Shown in pieces: positions 39,908 to 47,558 of a DNA stretch of 55,372 nt. Below the pieces are notes generated by a model. That model did no database searches, was not told where the DNA came from, and was given only the letters and a program-made list of their open reading frames with translations. How positions within the stretch are numbered: position 1 is the stretch's first letter; each line of letters starts with the position of its first letter. The position numbers and the translations under genes are program-made. Where the stretch lies: assembly GCA_041743525.1 (NCBI GenBank), contig JBGTMN010000035.1, positions 1 to 55,372 on the forward strand. Reading direction: 5' to 3'. This stretch comes from Candidatus Saccharimonadales bacterium. GTDB taxonomy: Bacteria > Patescibacteriota > Saccharimonadia > Saccharimonadales > UBA4665.

Positions 39908-41012
39908 AAAATCCCGCCGGTCCAAGTTGGCCGCCCGTATACCGAAGCCTCGTATTTCGCAGGCCGTCAAAAGCCGGCTTAACCGCGGAAAATCGACCGA
40001 AGATGGTTATGGTGAAGCTATGTCCAATCTACCTCGTATTACCAACGAGACAGTCGCCGAACACCGCGAAGAAGTGCTCTCCAGTGCCCGTAAATACATC
40101 TACCCGCTACAACATTCCCGCGGCCGTATTATCAAAATATCTACCAGCCTGTTTATCGCGGCCATCTTGGTATTTTTTGCCTATTTGGGCTTGGCTCTGT
40201 ATAAATTCCAGTCTACTTCGACGTTCGTGTACCAGGTAACGCGGGTTATACCGCTGCCGGTGGCAAAGGCCGGACCACACATCGTGTCTTACGAGAGCTA
40301 TCTGTTCGAACTCCGCCATCTGATGCATTATTACCAGACCCAGCAAAAAGAAGATTTTAATGATCCGAAGACGGCCGGGCATCTGGTGCAGCTTCGTAAG
40401 GATTCGCTGGAAAAAGTCATAAACGATGCGTACGTAAAACAACTGGCCGATAAAAATAACATTACCGTCAGCAACCGTGAAGTAGACGCCCAGATTGCAT
40501 TGGTCAAATCACAGAACCGGCTTGGAACGAGTGACCAGATGCTTGCCGACGTGCTCCGGCAGTTCTGGGACTGGTCTGTCACGGATTTTAGGCGTGAACT
40601 GAAGTCACAGCTCCTAGCTCAGAAAGTTGCCTCCCAGCTCGATTCGGCTTCTCAGGCCAAAGCCAGGAATGCATTGATGATGATTCAAGAAGGGAAGGAC
40701 TTTGCTGAAGTTGCCGCTCAGATGTCCGAAGACGAATCGACCAAGGCGAACGGCGGAAAGTACGCCATAGAGATATCCCAGAGCAACAGGGACGTGCCTC
40801 CGCAGGTGGTCGACGCACTGTCCAGATTGCAGATAGGGCAGGTATCCGAAGTCGTAAATACCGGATATACACTGGAAATCGTCAAACTGCTTGAGGTGGG
40901 AGCGGATAACAAATACCAGGCAGCGCACGTTTCGTTTAGGATTGAAGGTGTCGAAAGGCACATTAAGCCGCTCCGCGAAGAAAGCCCGCCAGTGCGTCTG
41001 ATTAAGGTCTAG
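39891..41012 (+). CDS. Membrane-anchored parvulin-type peptidyl-prolyl isomerase (PrsA/SurA-like)
   Basis: TM anchor, SurA-N-like helical region, and a PPIC domain ...GKDFAEVAAQMSEDESTKANGGKY...GQVSEVVNTGYTLEIVKL. The start could instead be ATG 40020. Confidence 0.75.
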   Translation: MKITHKKSRRSKLAARIPKPRISQAVKSRLNRGKSTEDGYGEAMSNLPRITNETVAEHREEVLSSARKYIYPLQHSRGRIIKISTSLFIAAILVFFAYLGLALYKFQSTSTFVYQVTRVIPLPVAKAGPHIVSYESYLFELRHLMHYYQTQQKEDFNDPKTAGHLVQLRKDSLEKVINDAYVKQLADKNNITVSNREVDAQIALVKSQNRLGTSDQMLADVLRQFWDWSVTDFRRELKSQLLAQKVASQLDSASQAKARNALMMIQEGKDFAEVAAQMSEDESTKANGGKYAIEISQSNRDVPPQVVDALSRLQIGQVSEVVNTGYTLEIVKLLEVGADNKYQAAHVSFRIEGVERHIKPLREESPPVRLIKV

Positions 41013-41123
41013 TGACTTTTAGGTGACGAGCTTTGACTATACGTAAATCATAGTTTGCTTTTTGAACGACAGTTTGTTATTATTACCCCTGTTGCATCAG
41101 CAAAAACTACACTAGTTCCACAT

Positions 41124-41199
41124 GCGCTCGTAGTGAAGTGGTTATCACGCCTCCCTGTCACGGAGGAGATCGCCGGTTCAAATCCGGTCGAGCGCGCCA
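41124..41199 (+). tRNA. tRNA-Asp (anticodon GTC), CCA encoded
   Basis: Acceptor GCGCTCG/CGAGCGC, anticodon arm CCTCC-CTGTCAC-GGAGG, T-loop TTCAAAT. Confidence 0.9.
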
Positions 41200-41206
41200 T
41201 ACAAAA

Positions 41207-41232
41207 AGTCCCACCTCGCGTGGGGCTTTTTG
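41207..41232 (+). terminator. Intrinsic terminator after tRNA-Asp
   Basis: AGTCCCAC-CTCGC-GTGGGGCT hairpin followed by TTTTT. Confidence 0.65.
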
Positions 41233-41366
41233 TATACTGGCATTCGGCAGGGCTTGGTTCGGCGATCCTGGATTTGCTTCAGCAAAGACAGTAAGATCGC
41301 CGGGTCGTCGGCAAAGCCACGCGCAGAAGCTGCGAAGCGCTTCGAGCATGGCTGCAGTCGTGCGCC

Positions 41367-41384
41367 ATCCGGTCGAGCCCACCA
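41367..41384 (+). repeat. Orphan copy of the tRNA-Asp 3-prime end (att-like scar)
   Basis: ATCCGGTCGAGCCCACCA compared with tRNA positions 41182-41199, ATCCGGTCGAGCGCGCCA. The first 12 nt are exact and 16 of 18 match overall. Confidence 0.6.
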
Positions 41385-41503
41385 TGTTCCTTACGCTTCA
41401 ATGCCCAAATCAACAGCTGGGTGGTTATAGTTAATGTTGACAAAACATCAAGCTTATGCTAATCTTAAGAAGATTCAATAAAACAAAAATATAGGTCATA
41501 AAC

Positions 41504-42460
41504 ATGAGCTCCCAAGAACAATTTCCTGATCCAATTCAGCAACCCCAACCTGGTGATTATGTGCCGTCGCAAGCACAGGAATTCCCGGCAGGCGCAGAAT
41601 ATATGGCGCCTGAGGCTCATGCAGATATGGCGCGCCTTCCAGAAGCTGGACGATTTGCAGATCTGTCCAATGACGCCAAGGTGCAATTATACCGAACTGA
41701 CCGATTCAACCGATTGGCTGGCCAGGCATACATGCCCTTATTGCAAGAGTATATAGACTCACCAGGCAGCGACGTATCCCGCCAGGAATTCAGTAGGAAT
41801 TTCACGGGTGAATTATCGGAAAGGGGCAATTTACTTGATAGTCAGGGAAATGAAACCAACTATCGCCCAGACAGTATCGGTAGGTTCAGAGTTGATCCCG
41901 CTAAAGAAGCTGAAGCACTTGAGGCAGCATACATGCAGTTGGCAACCGAAAAGAAAATGGCACAAGCAATTGATGAGATAGGACTTTTACCACAGGAACA
42001 TAGCAGCATCGAACTTAATGAGATTGGAGTTACTTCTCCCGGAGAATTGCAGCAAAAACAAGCTGAACGGGACAAGTTTGAAGATAATGTTATTTCTAAC
42101 TTTGTGGCCCACGGTGCTATCGAAGCCCAAATCCAAGCACACCGCGAGATTATGGCGAGAATGAAAAACGCAGAATTAAAGCGCGGCCGGCTATTTCCTC
42201 ACCAAGCAGGTTTTGTAAGATTTGAAGCTTTAGCTGAACCCGAAAGGGCTGGAAGTCTTGATATCGGTATAGGTTCGGGCTATGAACAAGGTGATTGGGT
42301 AAATGTACGGCGATCGTCGGGTGAAATCGAGCATCAATGGACATTTATGGGAGTTGATTACAGGACAGGTTTATCCCGAGTTGCCGGTTTTGATGAACAC
42401 GGCGGGCGTATGTACAAAGATTACCCATTGACCGAACTTGATAAGCTCAACCAACGTTGA
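41504..42460 (+). CDS. Hypothetical protein (Pro/Gln-rich N-terminus, small beta-rich C-terminal domain)
   Basis: Long ORF with coding-like composition, directly upstream of the PafA/Dop-like gene. No recognisable motif. Confidence 0.6.
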   Translation: MSSQEQFPDPIQQPQPGDYVPSQAQEFPAGAEYMAPEAHADMARLPEAGRFADLSNDAKVQLYRTDRFNRLAGQAYMPLLQEYIDSPGSDVSRQEFSRNFTGELSERGNLLDSQGNETNYRPDSIGRFRVDPAKEAEALEAAYMQLATEKKMAQAIDEIGLLPQEHSSIELNEIGVTSPGELQQKQAERDKFEDNVISNFVAHGAIEAQIQAHREIMARMKNAELKRGRLFPHQAGFVRFEALAEPERAGSLDIGIGSGYEQGDWVNVRRSSGEIEHQWTFMGVDYRTGLSRVAGFDEHGGRMYKDYPLTELDKLNQR

Positions 42461-42507
42461 TCAGCGCAGTAGTATGAAGGTGCTGACAATACTGAGTGTA
42501 GTGAAAT

Positions 42508-42535
42508 AGTTCTAGACTTCATCGACTACGGTGCG
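42508..42535 (+). repeat. Direct repeat copy 1 (19-nt exact core AGACTTCATCGACTACGGT)
   Basis: 25 of 28 nt identical to 47231..47258. Non-coding in all frames at both sites. Confidence 0.8.
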
Positions 42536-42633
42536 TAGCACAACCTATGTTTAAAATTCTTCAGTTTTGAAGCATTTTTACTGGCTTTTGCTTGCAAATC
42601 ACATCCGATGCGCAATACTTTTGGCAATGCTGT

Positions 42634-43809
42634 ATGCTAAACTTCGACTACATGAGTGTTAAGCCCGAAAATTTTAGCTCCTCACAGCCTCCGGCAAGAC
42701 CTATTGGCACGGAGTGTGAATACAATCTCCAGCTCGAAGAGATTGGTGACGCTCGTAGCGCTTGGGATCCTAAAAGTATGCAGTCCCGGGGTATCAATAA
42801 CAGCTTTGGTTATCTGGGGTCTAAATACGGCTCCGGTCGGATATATTTGGATGTCGGTAATCATGTTGAATTCGATACAAAAGCTGCTCTTGGGCCGGCA
42901 GCGGCAGCGGTTGAGGACATTGAAAGCATTGACAGGCTAAGCCGCATCGTACAAAGCTCTGAAATTTCCCATGCGGGATTGTATCGTGTTGCTGGCACCT
43001 ATATTCAAAATGGCAGGGTTTCTGCAGACGATTCATGCGAACGTTCGTCAGAAGGCAAGTCTAGCGGATACCACGAAAACTACCTGATTCCCAGGTATGT
43101 CGTCGAAGACAAATTGCTGGATATGGTGGTGTCAACCGCTCTCTCTTGCCGTCAGTGGGCCATGGTCGGCACTATAAAAGACGGCGCCTTCGTGTTTTCG
43201 CAGAAAGTATGGGGTACTGGCGGTGAGCCGGTTGAAGCCGCCAAACAGTTTTCCGGAGATCTAACGCTGACTCGTGTTGCTAAAACTCTCCAAGGCAAGA
43301 CGGTGACGAGCCTGTCGGCTCAAGAAAGCTTACTTGATTTATACGAATCATTCGAAGAAAAGGATATAGAATTGCCTGAAGATGAAAAACTGGCTATTGT
43401 AGCCTTGCGGGGTTTGATTGACGGCCTTCGTGCAAGCCGTCCGGCAGAAACTCAGTATACGGCGATGGCGCGTTCCAGAATAGATTTCGCTGCTAAACAC
43501 CAATTCGTATCCCGCCGGAAAGATGGCACTCATATTCCAATAGATTCCCACGAAGCCATGCAGCGCAATCTATTATGGGACAGGGTATTGCCGGTGGGTA
43601 ATGGCTATAACTACTGGACGCAATTAGCCAGCAAAGATCCGCTGGCCGAGCAGGTGCGGAAAATGGCCGGAAAGGCCGGAAACATCGAACGTGAAGTGAA
43701 CAGGGCGGCAATGATCGATGACTCTAAGGTCGATGGCTTGGTTATAAACTGGGCACGTTACAAAGACGCTCAGGGTACGGTCAGGTCGCTTGGCAATCCT
43801 ATTGGATAG
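42634..43809 (+). CDS. Pup ligase/deamidase family protein (PafA/Dop-like), shortened and divergent
   Basis: PIGTECEYNL (cf. GIETEFG), GSGRIYLDVGNHVEFDT (cf. GARLYLDVGSHPEYAT), SSGYHENYLIPR (cf. GCHENYLI). Start uncertain: TTG 42592, ATG 42634 or ATG 42652. Confidence 0.7.
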   Translation: MLNFDYMSVKPENFSSSQPPARPIGTECEYNLQLEEIGDARSAWDPKSMQSRGINNSFGYLGSKYGSGRIYLDVGNHVEFDTKAALGPAAAAVEDIESIDRLSRIVQSSEISHAGLYRVAGTYIQNGRVSADDSCERSSEGKSSGYHENYLIPRYVVEDKLLDMVVSTALSCRQWAMVGTIKDGAFVFSQKVWGTGGEPVEAAKQFSGDLTLTRVAKTLQGKTVTSLSAQESLLDLYESFEEKDIELPEDEKLAIVALRGLIDGLRASRPAETQYTAMARSRIDFAAKHQFVSRRKDGTHIPIDSHEAMQRNLLWDRVLPVGNGYNYWTQLASKDPLAEQVRKMAGKAGNIEREVNRAAMIDDSKVDGLVINWARYKDAQGTVRSLGNPIG

Positions 43810-43820
43810 AAGAACGGCTC

Positions 43821-44036
43821 CTATTGTCCGCCTTTTTGGATATAGCCCTGTACGAACTCCTCGGCATTTTCTTCAAGTACTTCATCGATATCTTCGAGCA
43901 ATCTATCGAGCCCCTCATTGTCGATGCCCTCCAAGGCTGCCTTGCCGGCCTGCTGAGCGGCGCTTAACGTTTCCTGGTCTACTTCCGCGTCCGCTTCGGA
44001 TTTCTGGCTTTTGGTTTCGCGTGATTTCTGTACCAT
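43821..44036 (-). CDS. pup: Prokaryotic ubiquitin-like protein Pup
   Basis: 71 aa with AAGGAG SD. C-terminus LDRLLEDIDEVLEENAEEFVQGYIQKGGQ-stop is nearly identical in pattern to mycobacterial Pup (...LLDEIDDVLEENAEDFVRAYVQKGGQ). Confidence 0.9.
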   Translation of the reverse strand: MVQKSRETKSQKSEADAEVDQETLSAAQQAGKAALEGIDNEGLDRLLEDIDEVLEENAEEFVQGYIQKGGQ

Positions 44037-44102
44037 CAGTAGCTCCTTACTTGTTAAATTGCTGTCAGTTTAACATAAGCTGGCGTGTATATGCACTGAG
44101 TT

Positions 44103-45899
44103 TTATAACTGGCTCCTGAAAAGTCGCACGTAATGCCCTTGATTGGCTACTAGTTCGGCATGAGTGCCACGCTCCACCAACACACCATCTTCGAACATCA
44201 AAATTACGTCGGCTTTTTGAACCGTGGAGAGGCGATGGCTTATGGTGACCACCGTCCGCTGTCTATCGTTAAATAGATGCTCGAATATACGGGCTTCGGC
44301 CAGGGCGTCGATGGCAGAGGTCGGCTCATCGAGGATGACGATTGGGGCGCCGCGGTAAAAATCGCGGGCCAGCGCCAGTCGTTGCCATTGGCCGCCCGAC
44401 AGATCGACGCCTTTGTTGCCTTTGTCATCTTCCATCCAGTTGTTGACATATGTTTCTGCGCCTTGCGGAAGTTTGGAGACGAATTTATGGGCTTCTGCAA
44501 GCTTGAGAGCTGTTTGCATACGTTCATGGTCGTGCGGACTGTCTACATCGCCAAACCGTACGTTATCTCCCGCGTTCGCAAAATTGTAATGTATGAACTC
44601 CTGCTGAAGTACGCCGAGTTGTTTGTGCCAGGATGCTGTGTCGTAGTCAGCCAGGCTGATACCGTCGAGTAAGATTTTACCGTTTGTCGGTTGGTACAGT
44701 CCTGTCAGCAGTCTCACGAGCGTTGATTTGCCAGCGCCATTTTCGCCGACAACCGCGACGTGCTGATTGGCTGAAATGCTAAATGATACGTCCTTCAGAG
44801 CCGGAGTCGTACTGCCGGGATAAGAAAAGGTGACATTCTCAAATGTTATTTGATGCGGTGCTGTCTGTAGTATCTTGCCGTTTGTTTGGGGTGTCGGCAG
44901 CTGCATGAACTGTTCGTAATCAAAGAGGTTTGCAATGTCTTCATCGATTTGTCCAAGCGTAGATACGAAGGACGAAGCACTCTGCATGGCCCGCGACACG
45001 ATCTGCTGTACGAACAAAAACTGTCCGACCGGATGATTGCGGGCAATAATCTGCAGGCTGATCCATATGAGTGCGCTGAGTTCTACGATAGCTTGGAGAA
45101 CGTCGGATGCGATTCTGAGCGGCATGAATGTCTTCTCGAATTCTATACGGCCTTTTTCATCGGCGTCCCGAAGTTTTCGCCGGTGACGCAGCATGAAATT
45201 TACCATGCCGTACAAGCGTAGTTCGGAAATGAGATTCGGTTGCCCCAGATGCCATTCGAGCATATTTTTGGCGCGCCGGACTTCAACATTCTCGTTCCAG
45301 TGAGCAATCTGTTTCCGTGATAATTTAAACTGTATATACACGCCCGGCGTAATGGCCAGGAGCACCGCGAGCGCAAGCAGTGGCTCAAACAATGCGAGCG
45401 CAATGATCGCCGTTATAACACCGATCAATTGGGATATCAGTGACGCGATACGATCAAACACCCACGCAAAGAAATTAGAAAATTTTAGCGCTCTGTCGTA
45501 TAAGTCGGCGGTGTCTTTGTCGTCGTAGCGCCAGAATTCCAGCGCCAAAAAATGGGCATACATACGGTCGCTGACTGCTGCCTCTACGACATATCGCATC
45601 TTGGTTTGAATGTAATTGTCTATGCTGCTCCAGAGCGTCAAAAGCAGACCGAGCAGGGCAGTGATGACAACATAGGTTATTGCTTGCGTTCCGGCGACGA
45701 CATCCCCTCCGTAAGCAGCTACCAGTGCAGTTGTCGTCAGGGCAGCATAGTACGTGGTCACTATCGGCAAAATGGCATCTATGAATGCACCGATGAGCTT
45801 GAAGATCACCGGTCCCGGCGCTACTTTGAAACTGAGCCGTGCGACGCCGCTGACTGCCTTGATCTGCTCTTTGGTGGTTAGTTTTTTCTTGTCACTCAC
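44103..45899 (-). CDS. ABC exporter, fused permease-ATPase (MsbA/MdlB-like)
   Basis: Six-TM N-domain. Walker A GENGAGKST, signature LSGGQWQR, Walker B VILDEPTS. Confidence 0.9.
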   Translation of the reverse strand: MSDKKKLTTKEQIKAVSGVARLSFKVAPGPVIFKLIGAFIDAILPIVTTYYAALTTTALVAAYGGDVVAGTQAITYVVITALLGLLLTLWSSIDNYIQTKMRYVVEAAVSDRMYAHFLALEFWRYDDKDTADLYDRALKFSNFFAWVFDRIASLISQLIGVITAIIALALFEPLLALAVLLAITPGVYIQFKLSRKQIAHWNENVEVRRAKNMLEWHLGQPNLISELRLYGMVNFMLRHRRKLRDADEKGRIEFEKTFMPLRIASDVLQAIVELSALIWISLQIIARNHPVGQFLFVQQIVSRAMQSASSFVSTLGQIDEDIANLFDYEQFMQLPTPQTNGKILQTAPHQITFENVTFSYPGSTTPALKDVSFSISANQHVAVVGENGAGKSTLVRLLTGLYQPTNGKILLDGISLADYDTASWHKQLGVLQQEFIHYNFANAGDNVRFGDVDSPHDHERMQTALKLAEAHKFVSKLPQGAETYVNNWMEDDKGNKGVDLSGGQWQRLALARDFYRGAPIVILDEPTSAIDALAEARIFEHLFNDRQRTVVTISHRLSTVQKADVILMFEDGVLVERGTHAELVANQGHYVRLFRSQL

Positions 45900-45945
45900 A
45901 GGGATACCTCAGGCATAATAGTATACCAGCAGACTCACCTACCGA

Positions 45946-46947
45946 TTATGCGTTATCTTTGTAAGCCTCGTACCCGAAATCCACCAATTCTTCCTTGTCC
46001 CGTGCAACGCGTACCAGCCCTGACGTACGGGCAGATACGATCTCCAGGTGATGGCGCTGCAATGCGCGGAGGCGGTTCGGATAATCCTCCGGATTAACTA
46101 TGCCTGTCTCGGGATCCGTGTAGTCTTCTATGAGTACGCCAAATGGTCTGCCGCTCATGACAGACGCCGCAGTCAGCATGCCGGTTTCGACGAGTGATCC
46201 ATAGCTCGGATGATGTGCGTCGATGCATTGCAGCAGTACGCGTGCACCGATCTTGTGGGCAATTTCTTCTGTGTGATGTTTGTCAAAATCCCAATCTGGC
46301 TTGTAGGCGATATAGGTGGGCAATCCTTTGCTTTGTAGCGTATTCGAAGTCTCGTCGATGGTCCGAGGGGTAGAATCCGGACAGGGCTGAGTAGTGCCGA
46401 ATATTGCAATTTCGGGTATTTTTGATACGGGCCGTGCGGCTTCCAAGGGAATATCCAGTCCATGGCCGGCGCTGTATATCGAGCTGACGGCGTGGTCGAC
46501 GAATTCATCATATGTCTGGCTGATATGGCATAGTCCAGGTTGTATCTCGTTTAGCCTTTCGGACTGGCTGACGACGAGTTGCCGGGTTCGCAAAAATTCC
46601 TGGGAATACCGACTGGCCTCAGATACACGTTCAACATAAAACGATAGGCTTTTGCGGGTGAGCAGACTGCTGGAAATCGACCAACCTATTTCCGCCAAGC
46701 TTCCATAACCCAATGTGCCCGCGTGGACACCGACTACAACCGTCTTGGAGTTATAGAGGACTCCTGTCTCGGCAGGGAGACTGTCCCGGCTCCATCCGGT
46801 GACTTGAAAGGGGTCGAAGTACGTTTTATTGGTATCTACGCATGCGACTTTGAAAGGTTCGCGCCAGCTATTTTCTTGGCCGCAGCTGCCGTAGAGTATC
46901 ACCTCTGCCGTGGGCAGGGAAGGAGTTTGTTCGATTTGGGTATGCAT
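45946..46947 (-). CDS. Tandem nucleoside 2-deoxyribosyltransferase-like (Rossmann-like) domain protein
   Basis: Two internal repeats. The first is VILYGSCG...VVVGVHAGTLGYGSLAEIGWSI. The second is IAIFGTTQ...VLLQCIDAHHPSYGSLVETGMLTA. Family assignment is by pattern memory only. Confidence 0.4.
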   Translation of the reverse strand: MHTQIEQTPSLPTAEVILYGSCGQENSWREPFKVACVDTNKTYFDPFQVTGWSRDSLPAETGVLYNSKTVVVGVHAGTLGYGSLAEIGWSISSSLLTRKSLSFYVERVSEASRYSQEFLRTRQLVVSQSERLNEIQPGLCHISQTYDEFVDHAVSSIYSAGHGLDIPLEAARPVSKIPEIAIFGTTQPCPDSTPRTIDETSNTLQSKGLPTYIAYKPDWDFDKHHTEEIAHKIGARVLLQCIDAHHPSYGSLVETGMLTAASVMSGRPFGVLIEDYTDPETGIVNPEDYPNRLRALQRHHLEIVSARTSGLVRVARDKEELVDFGYEAYKDNA

Positions 46948-47230
46948 CAGTAGTATTAATTATAATTGTAGTCAAATGCATTATATCATTTGTTGATGTC
47001 GAATAGTAGCATAATAGTGATAATTTACAGAGACTACTGTCGCATATGTGTCACAGATATGCATGTCGTGCTCATCGGGCGGATCCAATCATTATATTAT
47101 CTGCATGAAGCGTAAGTGGTCGCAAGGCCCGGCAACAAAGTGAACCATGGAACATGATTAGTAGAGTTTAAGGCTAATGGTCAGACGAATATTCTTGCAG
47201 AGTCCATGTCTATCAAACTGGCTGGTAAAA

Positions 47231-47258
47231 AATTCCAGACTTCATCGACTACGGTCCG
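47231..47258 (+). repeat. Direct repeat copy 2 (19-nt exact core AGACTTCATCGACTACGGT)
   Basis: 25 of 28 nt identical to 42508..42535. Confidence 0.8.
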
Positions 47259-47299
47259 CCAATATAAAACTCCGACCTTAGGCCGGAGTTTTATATTGG
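47259..47299. terminator. Bidirectional intrinsic terminator
   Basis: CCAATATAAAACTCCG ... CGGAGTTTTATATTGG, perfect 16-bp arms. The GC core CTCCGACC-TTA-GGCCGGAG is flanked by an A-run and a T-run. Confidence 0.7.
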
Positions 47300-47385
47300 A
47301 GTCATTTCGCGAGGCTAATCAGTAGTACTAACATCACTGCTGGTGCAGTTCTATTAACGAGTCTAGTTCTAAAGAGTAAGTAGTT

Positions 47386-47451
47386 TTAAAAAATGAAAGA
47401 AAGTACCGCAATAAGACCGATAATCGCCAGTATTGTCCAGAGAATTCCCAT
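47386..47451 (-). CDS. 21-aa hydrophobic peptide
   Basis: AAGGAG lies 7 nt upstream of the ATG. Product MGILWTILAIIGLIAVLSFIF-stop. Lies between the DUF2254-like gene and the terminator. Confidence 0.4.
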   Translation of the reverse strand: MGILWTILAIIGLIAVLSFIF

Positions 47452-47558
47452 AGTCAAGTCTCCTTGGTTATCTTTATTAATATAATCATTGTAGCCAATG
47501 CCGAGCTGGCCGGCAGTAAAATATGTCGCACTGCAGATACCTTCCGAAAAGGGTAATA

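Larger units (their letters stand above)
47078..47299 (+). ncRNA. Candidate structured small RNA ending in an intrinsic terminator
   Basis: No ORF present. GGCGGA (47078) can pair with TCCGCC (47255), and ATGAAG (47105) with CTTCAT (47240). Contains repeat copy 2 and is followed directly by the 47259..47299 terminator. Confidence 0.25.

Noticed and set aside
41138-41434. Four mutually overlapping ORFs (66-98 aa) on both strands just after and overlapping tRNA-Asp.
   Set aside because: They overlap the tRNA and its terminator and conflict with each other. The region is better explained as a GC-rich non-coding remnant between the tRNA and its duplicated 3-prime end. A decayed gene fragment cannot be excluded.
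47078-47299. Assigning the candidate sRNA to 6S RNA, which has similar length and a closing stem.
   Set aside because: I cannot demonstrate the central bubble and terminal stem architecture by eye, and found no matches to conserved 6S, SRP, RNase P or tmRNA sequence blocks. It is left as an unnamed candidate.
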